DNA of 64,000 bases from Nemertoderma westbladi (taxonomy: Eukaryota > Animalia > Xenacoelomorpha), in NCBI GenBank assembly GCA_032718475.1, contig JAUCBJ010008282.1, positions 27,488 through 91,487 on the forward strand, in the 5' to 3' direction. Below the pieces are notes generated by a model that saw only the letters and a list, made by a program, of their open reading frames with translations, did no database searches and was not told the origin of the DNA. How positions within the stretch are numbered: position 1 is the first letter of the stretch; every line of letters starts with the position of its first letter. This document shows positions 14,120-24,148 of the stretch, piece after piece. Both the position numbers and the translations under genes were made by a program.

Positions 14120-17100
14120 TTGTATAAAGAGGGCTACGACCCAAAGAGCAAATGCCAGTTACACGCAAATGCGCTTCATAAAACCATGAACTGCAGGTAC
14201 TGGCAGGCGCTACCGAGGCAAGACCAGATAGATTACGCGTCGAGCAATAAAATCTGCTCGCGATGTGTAAAGAGTGGACACAAGGCCAGGGAATGCCAAG
14301 AGAAGCCGGTCAAGTTTGGCCAAAGGAGAGGCCAAACGATGGCAACGAGCACGGTAGGGGCGAAGAAGAGAGGCACGGTGTTACTTGGAGTAGTACCGGT
14401 GCGAGTGATCGGGGAAGGCAATCGATCAGTAACAACACTAATGCTGGTTGATAGTGGAGCTGCCTTCACATTAGTAGAGGAATGGGTAGCCGAAGAAATA
14501 GGATTGAGAACAAGGCCAAGCAGGATGGCGGTAACAACCATCTCTAGCAAAGATGAGATCCTAGAGATGAGGACAGGACGGTGCGCAATTGCAGCAGTGG
14601 CACCAGGATGCGACTATGGGGCAACCATCGACCCCATCCAAGTAATAGAGTCAATTAACATCAATGCCAGGCGGCCAACCAACATCGAGGTCGAGCAATA
14701 CAAATTCCTGGACGACATTGACTTCTCGATCCCAGACGTGGACGTTAGGAAGGTATCCATCATAGTAGGAATGGACTGCCCGACGGCCCACGAAAGAATG
14801 CAAACGGTCTTCGGCGAAGACAAGCAGAGCGACCCGGTGGCCATATTAACACCATTCGGGTGGACGCTGAGTGGTCCAATAAAGAGTAAGATACCATTTA
14901 GGATGTCGGAGACATCAGGATGCATGTTCGCGGGAACAATGCAGGAAATGGGCGATGAGGGAGCAGAGGAGCAGCTTAAAAGACTGCTCAGACAAGACTT
15001 TGAGGGACTGAAAGAGACCGGGGTCGGGACCTCGGTAGAAGACAAACAGGCTCTACAAAGCGTGGAGGAATCGATGACGTGTGATGAGGGGCGGTATACA
15101 ATAGGAATGGTATGGAAACTACCGAAGATACCGCTACCCGATAGTAGGGGGATGGTACTCACGAGACTTCGTAAGCTGAAACAAACACTAAAACGGAGCC
15201 CCGAGAAGAACGAGTACATTCACAAAACCATTAAGAAGTACGTCGAGAAAGGATGGGCCGTGGAGTTACCGGTCGACGAGCCGAACACGGACAGGACATA
15301 CTACCTGCCACTCCACGTAGCATTAGACCCAAAGAAAGGTAAACTGAGGATGGTAGTCGATGCATCGGCAAAGACCGACGGAAAATGCTTAAACGATTAC
15401 CTGTTGGAAGGCCCAAATATTTACAATTCGGGCATAGAAGTACTACTTAGATTTAGGAATGGGAAACACGCCTTCACGTGTGACATAGAAGGCATGTTCA
15501 ACCAGGTCCGTGTAACGGAAGAAGACAGAGACAGTCAACGCTTCTTATGGTATAACGGCGAAGAAGAACCGCCGATAATACCAGCGTATAAGATGGTAGT
15601 ACAAAACATGGGGGCCAAGTCGTCCTCATTTACGATGACTATGGCAGTGAGAGACACGGTAAAGGGGAAGGAAGATAGATACAGCAGTAGGGCCGTCGAT
15701 ATGATCCGACGCGGCTTCTACGTAGACGACGGTATGGAGTCTGGAAATACGGTTGAGGAGATACTGGAAACAGGGCGCGAGGTTCGCGATATCCTGAAAG
15801 GATCTGGCTTCAACCTGACCAAATTCCAATCCAGTTCAGAAGAATTTATCAAGGCAATAGAGGACAAGAAACCGGAATCGACCATGGACAACCCTACAAC
15901 AGCCAAAGGACAGGACATGGCGAATAAGAGAACACAATCGCAGCAAAAGGCATTGGGAACCGTGTGGGATAGAGGAACAGACGAACTAAAGTATCAGCTG
16001 AGCCAAGAGGGCGCAGACACCCATACGAAGAGGGGTTATGTATCGTATATAGCAAGGATATACGATCCCCTAGGCCTAGCATCCCCATTACTAGTCACGG
16101 GGAAACAGATACTCAAGAGAGTATATAAATTGAAGGATGAGTGGGACGTAGAGGTACCAGAGGACATCAAGAAACAGTGGAGCAAATGGACAGGAGACTT
16201 GGAAAGAATGGGAACATACAACATGCCGCGAGTGTATTTTCCGGACGGGAACATGACGAGTCTGGACCTACATATGTTCTCCGACGCGTCGTTAGAGGCA
16301 TACGGAGCGGCACTCTACTTAGTACAACGAGAGGGGGCTCACAAGCCCAGACTAGCCTTTAGCAAAGCTAAGTCAACGCCGCCAGATTCAGCATCTGTTC
16401 CCAAGTTAGAATTGACAGCTGCGAGACTAGGAGTTAGGGCCACAGCCTACCTAGTGGATACAATTCCCAACATAGTGGAGACACACTACTGGACGGATTC
16501 CATGGTAGTGCTTGGTTGGCTACACAACGAAAAGACGAGATACCCGATATTCGTCGCGAATAGAGTGGACGAAATAAGGGCGAGCACAGAACTGGAAAGG
16601 TGGCACTACTGCCCAACAGACGAGAACCCAGCGGACTTGCTGTCGAGGGGCGTGGAACGCCACACTTTCTTAAAGAAGGAAGCATTGTGGCAACATGGGC
16701 CACAATTTCTAAGTGATAGGGAGGCCTGGCCGCCAATGAGGAAGGTGGACCCGGGCTCGGAACCAATATCAGAGGGAGAAGAGGGAGACTCAGAGGGAGA
16801 AGAGATATACTCCCAGATGGTGAGGGAGATTAGGGACGTGCAACCAAAGCAAGAACTACGCGATAACCCGACGGACAAACTCCTCAGTTACAGTTCTAGT
16901 TGGTACAAGACCAAGAAACTAGTGGCGTACTGGAGAGCTTTCGGAAATTTCCTCGCGGGAGTTAATAAGGAGAAGAAAACCAGGGAAACCATAGATCTGG
17001 AAGGAGCGGCCAAGGCAATAATCCGCTATGAACAACGGAAGAACTACGGCGACGAGGTGGAACGTGTCGGCAACCAACAGCACCTCCGACGGGACAGCGA

Positions 17101-18358
17101 GTTGATTACGCTGTCGCCACAACTCAATGAGGATGGGATTCTAGTAATGAATTCTAGGGTGGGATATAACAACAGCATAGTCGTGCCACCGAAACCCATC
17201 ATCATTCCCACAGGATCGCCTATAGTCCACCAGATCATATGGGACTCCCACAAATCGATACTGCATGGGGGCACCAACCGAACCCTCACTGAGATAAGGA
17301 GGACCTATTGGGTCAAACAATTAAGGAAGAAGGTTAAAGCGGTAGTGGGGCAGTGCCAGACCTGCCGACGAGCGAAGAAGGAACGAGCCGTACAGGAGAT
17401 GGCGCCACTACCGGCGAGTAGGGTAAGACAGCACGACCCGCCATTTACGCATTGCGGTGTGGACATGTTCGGGCCGATAAAGATCAAAGTGATGCGACAC
17501 ACAGAGAAACGCTACGGCATCATTTTCGTATGCAACAACACACGGGCGGTAGGGATAGAACTCGCCCAAGATGCAACTGCATCAGCATTCATTAATGCCT
17601 TAGAAAGGTTTAGGGACCGCAAAGGTGGGACGATCGCAGTGATATACAGCGACAACGGCACCAACTTTGTGGGCGCAGAGAGTGAGATGGCAGAGGCCTT
17701 GGACATCTTGGAGGGAGAAGAAGTCAGGGCAGCCATGAGGCGACGACAAGTAAAGTGGGAGAGAAGGACGCCGTATGCACCACATACACTAGGATGCGTC
17801 GAGAGACTGGTGGGCAGTTCAAAGCGTCTAATGACGAAGTTAATGAACACCCACATGGTCACTGAAGACGTCTTACGGACAGTACTTGCGAAGTGCGAGG
17901 GGATCATTAATAGCAGACCGCTATACCCGGAGAATGATGACCCTGAGTCATTAGACATGCTGACGCCTAGCCATTTCCTGATGGAAAGGCCAGCGACCAT
18001 CGATATGCGGGGTGTAGACCCAGATGACATACACTCCCGCCAAAGTTGGAAAGTCGCTAAAGCAATAAGCGCAGAGTATTGGAGGAGGTGGGTCGAGGAA
18101 TACCTACCCACGCTCCATAAGCGAAGCAAGTGGAGGAAGCCGAACAGGGAGTTAAGAGAGGGAGATATCGTAATCGTTACGGATGATACTATCATCAACA
18201 ACCAGTGTTGGTTGGCGAGAGTCGTAGGCACCTACTCCGACGAGGACGGAAGAGTCCGATCGGTAGAAGTGCGGATAGGTGGAAAGATAGGTGCGAAAGA
18301 CAGAAAAACCTACAGGAGAGCAGTAGGTAAATGCTGTCTTCTGGAAGGGGCACCTTAA
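14120..18358 (+). CDS. pol: BEL/Pao pol: zinc knuckles, aspartic protease, RT, RNase H, integrase, DUF5641-like tail
   Basis: CSRCVKSGHKAREC; LVDSGA; FYVDDG; LHMFSDAS..YWTDS..ENPADLLSRG; H..H..CQTC; GVDMFGP, SDNGTNF, VERLV; YWRRWVEEYLP. Same frame as gag, separated by a single TAA. Confidence 0.95.
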   Translation: MYKEGYDPKSKCQLHANALHKTMNCRYWQALPRQDQIDYASSNKICSRCVKSGHKARECQEKPVKFGQRRGQTMATSTVGAKKRGTVLLGVVPVRVIGEGNRSVTTLMLVDSGAAFTLVEEWVAEEIGLRTRPSRMAVTTISSKDEILEMRTGRCAIAAVAPGCDYGATIDPIQVIESININARRPTNIEVEQYKFLDDIDFSIPDVDVRKVSIIVGMDCPTAHERMQTVFGEDKQSDPVAILTPFGWTLSGPIKSKIPFRMSETSGCMFAGTMQEMGDEGAEEQLKRLLRQDFEGLKETGVGTSVEDKQALQSVEESMTCDEGRYTIGMVWKLPKIPLPDSRGMVLTRLRKLKQTLKRSPEKNEYIHKTIKKYVEKGWAVELPVDEPNTDRTYYLPLHVALDPKKGKLRMVVDASAKTDGKCLNDYLLEGPNIYNSGIEVLLRFRNGKHAFTCDIEGMFNQVRVTEEDRDSQRFLWYNGEEEPPIIPAYKMVVQNMGAKSSSFTMTMAVRDTVKGKEDRYSSRAVDMIRRGFYVDDGMESGNTVEEILETGREVRDILKGSGFNLTKFQSSSEEFIKAIEDKKPESTMDNPTTAKGQDMANKRTQSQQKALGTVWDRGTDELKYQLSQEGADTHTKRGYVSYIARIYDPLGLASPLLVTGKQILKRVYKLKDEWDVEVPEDIKKQWSKWTGDLERMGTYNMPRVYFPDGNMTSLDLHMFSDASLEAYGAALYLVQREGAHKPRLAFSKAKSTPPDSASVPKLELTAARLGVRATAYLVDTIPNIVETHYWTDSMVVLGWLHNEKTRYPIFVANRVDEIRASTELERWHYCPTDENPADLLSRGVERHTFLKKEALWQHGPQFLSDREAWPPMRKVDPGSEPISEGEEGDSEGEEIYSQMVREIRDVQPKQELRDNPTDKLLSYSSSWYKTKKLVAYWRAFGNFLAGVNKEKKTRETIDLEGAAKAIIRYEQRKNYGDEVERVGNQQHLRRDSELITLSPQLNEDGILVMNSRVGYNNSIVVPPKPIIIPTGSPIVHQIIWDSHKSILHGGTNRTLTEIRRTYWVKQLRKKVKAVVGQCQTCRRAKKERAVQEMAPLPASRVRQHDPPFTHCGVDMFGPIKIKVMRHTEKRYGIIFVCNNTRAVGIELAQDATASAFINALERFRDRKGGTIAVIYSDNGTNFVGAESEMAEALDILEGEEVRAAMRRRQVKWERRTPYAPHTLGCVERLVGSSKRLMTKLMNTHMVTEDVLRTVLAKCEGIINSRPLYPENDDPESLDMLTPSHFLMERPATIDMRGVDPDDIHSRQSWKVAKAISAEYWRRWVEEYLPTLHKRSKWRKPNRELREGDIVIVTDDTIINNQCWLARVVGTYSDEDGRVRSVEVRIGGKIGAKDRKTYRRAVGKCCLLEGAP

Positions 18359-18466
18359 AATGGAGTTAGTGAGTAGTTTAGTCGTCCAAGTTTTGGACTG
18401 AGGGGGGTGGGATTGAGGGCGAGACGCCCTTCCCACACAAATAAAATAAAAATAAAATAAAAATAA

Positions 18467-19135
18467 TAGTTAGTTAGTTAGTAGGTACGTAGTACCTAGA
18501 GTTAGTTAGTTAGTAGGTACGTAGTGCCTAGAGTTAGTTAGTTAGTAGGTACGTAGTACCTAGTTAGAGTTAGAGTTAGAGTTAGAGGGTACGTAGTACC
18601 GATAGTTAGAGAGTTAGTAGGTACGTAGTACCTAGTTAGAGTTAGAGCTAGAGGGTACGTAGTACCGATGGTTAGAGAGTTAGTAGGTACGTAGTACCTA
18701 GTTAGAGTTAGAGCTAGAGGGTACATAGTACCGATGGTTAGAGAGTTAGTAGGTACGTAGTACCTAGTTAGAGTTAGAGCTAGAGGGTACGTAGTACCGA
18801 TAGTTAGAGAGTTAGTAGGTACGTAGTACCTAGTTAGAGTTAGAACTAGAGGGTACGTAGTACCGATAGTTAGAGAGTTAGTAGGTACGTAGTACCTAGT
18901 TAGAGTTAGAGGGTACGTAGTACCGATAGTTAGAGAGTCAGTAGGTACGTAGTACCTAGTTAGAGTTAGAGTTAGAGTTAGAGGGTACGTAGTACCGATA
19001 GTTAGAGTTAGTAGGTACGTAGTACCTAGTTAGAGTTAGAGTTAGTAGGTACGTAGTACCTAATTAGAGTTAGAGTTAGTAGGTACGTAGTACCGTTAGT
19101 TAGAGTTAGAGGGTACGTAGTACCATTAGTTAGAG
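18467..19135 (+). repeat. Minisatellite of GGTACGTAGTACC hairpins spaced by (TTAGAG)n, unit ~55-70 bp
   Basis: Directly visible between pol and ORF3. Confidence 0.95.
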
Positions 19136-19618
19136 AGAGAGAGTAAGAGGTAAAAGGGGTAAATAGGATATAGATATTAGTTAGCAGTAAGTAGAGTTAG
19201 TAGCGAGAGGGGGGCATATGAGTACAGCTGGATAAATCGTGTGGCCACACGACGCATACTGCTGTACTGCATGGGCCCACAGAGTAGGCCAGAATATGGA
19301 TCAGAGAATAGAATAAATCCATAGGCAGTAGTAGGTAGTAGGACAGTAGGATCAAAACAAACAAATAAATAGAATAGGGCTAAAATCGAAAAATAGTGGC
19401 AACACAAGGAAAGTCGTTCTAGAACATAATAAAAGTAACGGACGGAAATTGTAAATTAGGCTGATTTACTAGCTCCGAAATTAATTAGGTTAAATTTAGG
19501 CTAAAAAGCGCAATTAAGTAGAAAGTAGGCCATTATCGAACTGTACGAAACATCTTAAATACTTCACTCATCTGTATTGCGCCTTGGTAAGGCACCACCC
19601 TGCAGGTGAGCGAGTGTA

Positions 19619-22156
19619 GTGTTCGGAATGGCGAGTAAGTTGATCAGGAAGAGGAAGGCGGAGTCAGGAGGAAAAGAAATACTGGTGGATTTCACTGAAA
19701 GACACCCGGAAGAGAAGACGAGAGGATACTACGAGAAGTTGGAAAGGGGTCACGCGGCACGAGCGCTGCAGGATCACTTCCGGGAGGCGCACAAACAGCG
19801 GTTAGTCGGGACCTACGGGACCCCGTCACTGGACAACGCGATCTTCCAACACTTCCACTACGTGGTGAAAGGGGACGAGGCGAAGTTCGGGATTCCGAAG
19901 TATCCGAGGGAATCGCCGAGGAAGGACTGGAAAAGATTCATAGAGTCCGTCAACCGAGGAGGATATATGATCCTAGATGACGAGGGAACCGTGGAGGACG
20001 AAGCGGGTTCGAGACGAGAAACGGCAGGGTCGGCCAGGACCATACTCTTGCATTTGGCCGCGCCAAATGGGGACATCTTCTTATTCGACCTAGGGACATA
20101 TGGGAAGAGGGATGGGCCGAAACTAGACCGATTGCCGAAAGCGGTACAAGTACTAGTAAGAGAGAAGTCGACGACGAAGGTGGGATCGGCAATTCGCGAG
20201 GACGCGGAGAGGATCATCGGTCCGGACGCCACCAACCTCCTGGATATGCAGAAAGTCTTTATGGCTATGACGGCACCGGATGGATTGGGGGTGGTCGAGA
20301 ACACAGGCCAATGCGGGGCGGTGGCGATGGGCCAATTATTGGGGCTCGTATGCCACAAACCGATGGACTGGGGAAAGTTTAGGGAAGAATACGGAGCAGA
20401 ACTAGCGAACTCGCTGAAGTGGGGAGCGAGACCGGGAAAGCAGGAGGTATATCAGTTTCGCAGAGGAGCGATAAAGGTATATCAGAAGCGATATATCCTG
20501 CAGGAGGACTTGATGATGATAAGTTTGCTTAACTTATTCATGACCGTAGTTATCGAAAGGGAACCAGGGGCATTTCTGTTATCGGGATCACCCCTAAGCT
20601 ACAGGAGAGCCTTTAAGACGGCCTTTGACGGTCTGGTAGACCACCCGGGGCTGAAGGGCGAGTCGGTGTACTACAACAGCCGACATCTGGTAGACGGGGA
20701 GACGGACACACCGTATCAGAGATGGGAGCAGCTAGAGGCGGACAGACGAGAAGCAAAGCGACTGGAAGAAGTCGCTAGACGGGAGAGGATAGAAGCAGAG
20801 GAGAGGGAAGAGGAGGCCAGGGCACAGAGTTACTGCTTCGAGGAACAGGCGGGCCTAGACGAACTTCATTGGACTTCGTCAGGGAGTTCGGGGGAGTCTC
20901 TAGGGCGAGAATTGGGATGGACGGTGGGATCGCCGAAACAGTCGACGTCGGGGTTGCAAACGATGCCCATGCCAGCGGGCGCCGAGGGCGACCAACCGCC
21001 AAGGAAGCTAAGGGAGCTAGAGGGATGGAGAGCTACGGGCGAGAGCCAAGGCGGGAAGGGACATAGTGGATCCATCGGGATACCGGGGTTGGAAACACTA
21101 CCAGAAGAGGAAGACGGTGACGACGAGTTCGGAGAGATACCGCCCATCGAGAGGATAGGCCACTCGGACACGGACTGGGTTGGCGGAAGGGTGGTGACAG
21201 CCAGTGGGGCGAGGGCCTTCTGGAACAGATCCGGCAAGCGGACCTGGGTGCACGAGGGGCCGGATTTCGCGGGGAGCACCATCAGGTTGGGCGAGCAACC
21301 GGGAACAGCACCACGGATAGTATTCGGGGAGACGATGCCCGAGAGGGGCGGAGAGATCGACGTAAACAGGGAGAGCAATGTAGAGAAGTTCGCCTACCAG
21401 CGACTCCATAGACCACGGAGATCGCTTGGGACGAAAGACGAGGTGGGACGGGAGACATTGGTACTCGGCTGCGACTACTGTGGGAGACAGACCCATCAGG
21501 AAAGCAGCTGCCTATACCGGTTCCAACGGGGAACCTTTTGTCTCTACTGTAGAGAACCAAGTCACAGGATGGGGGCGTGTTCACAGTTGCATAACCGATG
21601 TCCAAAGTGCCACTTTCGGGGACACTACGGGCGCAAGTGCGACTGGATGAGCGACGAGGAAAAGTTCACAAGATTCGAGGAGTGGGCCGACGTCGGGGCC
21701 ATGACGCGCCAGCGCATGAAGGCCCAAGAGTTCAAGTGGGGTTTCTTCCTCATAAACCAGGAGACCCACATGGAAATCATAAAGCGAAGGTTACCGTTTA
21801 CCTATCAAGAGGTAGCAACGGCGGCGTCGTTCGCCGGAGTTATGAACACGCAACGGTACCTGGACAGGTGGACACCAGAGAACCGGAGGGAGTTTAGGGA
21901 TTTCTTGGCGGAACACGTACCAAAGGCAATGAAAATGATCCTATGGGACGCCACACGAGGGAGACAACCAGGCCATTCTGAGGGGCCACCGGCGAAGCGG
22001 TATCGGGCATTAATAACACCAGCGCCCAAGGAGCCGACGACCGGGATCAGCAAGGAAGTGGCAGCGAAAGTCCGGAAGCAGAAAGCGGATGATGCCAGAG
22101 GAGCGGTGATAACCAAGAAACGGGCCAGGGAAGAGGACGTGAGGAGGAACAGATAA
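19619..22156 (+). CDS. ORF3 of element B: DEDDy/RNase D-WRN-like 3'-5' exonuclease plus three CCHC zinc knuckles (845 aa; first ATG at 19628)
   Basis: YMILDDEG (ExoI), LHLAAPNGDIFLFDL, LPKAVQVLV...KVGSAIRED (ExoII), LLDMQ, QKRYILQE (ExoIII); CDYC..H..C, CLYC..H..C, CPKC..H..C. Domain assignment is by motif recognition only. Confidence 0.75.
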   Translation: MFGMASKLIRKRKAESGGKEILVDFTERHPEEKTRGYYEKLERGHAARALQDHFREAHKQRLVGTYGTPSLDNAIFQHFHYVVKGDEAKFGIPKYPRESPRKDWKRFIESVNRGGYMILDDEGTVEDEAGSRRETAGSARTILLHLAAPNGDIFLFDLGTYGKRDGPKLDRLPKAVQVLVREKSTTKVGSAIREDAERIIGPDATNLLDMQKVFMAMTAPDGLGVVENTGQCGAVAMGQLLGLVCHKPMDWGKFREEYGAELANSLKWGARPGKQEVYQFRRGAIKVYQKRYILQEDLMMISLLNLFMTVVIEREPGAFLLSGSPLSYRRAFKTAFDGLVDHPGLKGESVYYNSRHLVDGETDTPYQRWEQLEADRREAKRLEEVARRERIEAEEREEEARAQSYCFEEQAGLDELHWTSSGSSGESLGRELGWTVGSPKQSTSGLQTMPMPAGAEGDQPPRKLRELEGWRATGESQGGKGHSGSIGIPGLETLPEEEDGDDEFGEIPPIERIGHSDTDWVGGRVVTASGARAFWNRSGKRTWVHEGPDFAGSTIRLGEQPGTAPRIVFGETMPERGGEIDVNRESNVEKFAYQRLHRPRRSLGTKDEVGRETLVLGCDYCGRQTHQESSCLYRFQRGTFCLYCREPSHRMGACSQLHNRCPKCHFRGHYGRKCDWMSDEEKFTRFEEWADVGAMTRQRMKAQEFKWGFFLINQETHMEIIKRRLPFTYQEVATAASFAGVMNTQRYLDRWTPENRREFRDFLAEHVPKAMKMILWDATRGRQPGHSEGPPAKRYRALITPAPKEPTTGISKEVAAKVRKQKADDARGAVITKKRAREEDVRRNR

Positions 22157-22824
22157 GTTCCCAGAGACGAGAGAGTGAGACTGAGACTGGAAAGTGGTGC
22201 GCCTGGAAGGCGCCGCATGGAACGTACGAACTATTAAATACAAATTTATTTAATTAATGCAAATAACCATATAAGTGCAATTCGTATGTACGTACGTAGT
22301 AATTAGCAGTAAAATACACGATCGGAGTAAGTACTATAGTCATACAACCTTTCTCAATTAGCTACTGGGACTGGGGGACAACTGACTATGGCACTATGGA
22401 CGAGACAACTGACAATTTCACGCTTCTTGAGTGCGACGGCACGAGAGGGGGGGGAGGTTCGTCAGAAGAGATAAAATAGTCAAAGTGGAGTTGAGGACCG
22501 AAGTAAGAGTGCGAAGTGCGGAGAGAGTGCCGATGCAATTCTAGTGTGGGGGGGGAGAATAAGAGGCTGAGTAAGGGGCGAGGAGGTCCGAACGTGAGAG
22601 AGTTAGGGTGAGAGTGAAGGTGAGATAGGGCGAGAATGTTGGGGAAACAAAAGTTGCGTGGGAGGTGAGCGCGATCGGCCCGACATGAGACGCCAGGCAC
22701 ACAGGGTAGCGTTATCATACCCATAGGGGGCGGCCTGGAAAGCCGACCCCGAGAGAAAAGAATTCCACCCCACACCCGATACTAGATCGGGATCCAGCGG
22801 GATTGTAACGCACTTTTTTGGTTG

Positions 22825-22862
22825 ATGCTATCTTCTTACCGGGAAGATAGCATGGGGGGGAG
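22825..22862 (+). promoter_or_regulatory. Hairpin plus polypurine tract of element B
   Basis: 11-bp stem ATGCTATCTTC / GAAGATAGCAT, then GGGGGGGAG directly before TGTTAG. Confidence 0.85.
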
Positions 22863-23404
22863 TGTTAGCTTATTCAATCCCGCCAACACCCCATAAAGTT
22901 ATAAGCCGATAAGCAATATTGGGAGCCACGAGATTGGGCAATTAACCAACTCGTGCCATCCCAATAAGAGTGGGAAGGAAGCACACAATAGAGGGTCAGG
23001 GGCCAAACCCCTAACCCAGAGAGAACAGGTGGAGTGAACGGGAATACTCCACGGGGCGCCAACAAGGGTATTAACCAATCAGAGGGGGGGAATGGCATCG
23101 ATTGAGTAGCAGTAAGGCCACCGTGCAATATAACCAATAACCTATTAATCAGTGATTCAGTTATCTCAGTGCAGCAGTGCTAGCGTAGGGTACAGTCAAT
23201 TAGTTTAGTTAGGGGATCACGGGACTTTAGTTACCGTATCCCGCCTTGTACACATTATACCTATATCTATATCCTATGCCCTATTATTATTATACACCGA
23301 ACTTCAGAACTCAGTTACCTTTATTTCACCCTTATACACGGCGGGGACGCGTGGACTAAATTACCACATCGGATAAATCGGGATCCCTCCTGGATCCCGT
23401 CACA
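22863..23404 (+). repeat. 3' LTR of element B (~540 bp)
   Basis: Starts TGT after the PPT. Candidate end GTCACA where composition shifts to AT-rich. TATAA (~23130) followed by TCAGT Inr-like motifs. End not confirmed by a second copy. Confidence 0.7.
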
Positions 23405-23784
23405 TAAAGTAAAAAGTTTTAGATACAAAATTTATTCCTCTATTCAAATATGCCACACACTAATGCTCAAATATAATATTTATATACTATAATTATGTTT
23501 AAATTGATTTTAAATTGATATTAAATTGATTGAATTTTAAATTTCCCTCCTACAATAGTTCAGCAATAATATGACAGTTTCAGAGACAGGTCAGTTTACG
23601 TGTCATTTTCATGGTCATAAATAATAATATGAAAATTAATTTTTGTTTTAAGATAAAGAATAATAAATTTTATGAAAAGTAACGGAATTTCACTTGCAAT
23701 AAATGTGGTTTGGCTTTGAACCAAGCAATCAAATAAAGTGCGTCTCCAAAAGTCCCCCCCCCCCCCCGGTATGGATAGGGTTAA
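23405..23784. mobile_element. End of a piggyBac-like non-autonomous element abutting the satellite at TTAA
   Basis: ...CCCCGGTATGGATAGGG followed by TTAAGAGAGT; the satellite consensus is CCCTTAAGAGAGT; the terminus resembles that at 8040-8058. Confidence 0.55.
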
Positions 23785-24148
23785 GAGAGTCATGGATACT
23801 CCCGCTGTTTACCCGCGCTTCAATGAATTTCTTCAACGTGACATTCAGTGCACTGGGCAGAAATCACCTATCAACTTGTATGCAAATCTGATAGCAGGTA
23901 GCCCCTAACTTGTAGACGATAAATTTTACAGTCCACTCAACTTATATACGGTTTTTGACTTATATACTTTTTTTTACTTCTAGACGGTTTTTAACTTCCC
24001 CTTAAGAGAGTTATAGTTACTCACACTGTTTACCCGCGCTTCAACGAATTTCTTCAACGTGACATTCAGAGCACTGGACAGAAATCACCTATCAACTTGT
24101 ATGCAAATCTAATAGCAGGCAGCCCCTAACTTGTATACGGTACATTTT
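23781..24148. repeat. Satellite monomers (same family as 52112-64000)
   Basis: TTCAATGAATTTCTTCAACGTGACATTCAG...AGAAATCACCTATCAACTTG core. Confidence 0.95.

Larger units (their letters stand above)
11752..23404 (+). mobile_element. BEL/Pao LTR retrotransposon B, 5'-truncated, with an extra ORF3
   Basis: Order gag-PR-RT-RH-IN, then extra ORF, PPT and a TG-starting LTR. No 5' LTR copy in the window. Confidence 0.9.

Noticed and set aside
19619-22156. ORF3 as env
   Set aside because: No obvious signal peptide or C-terminal transmembrane segment; nuclease and knuckle motifs are present instead.
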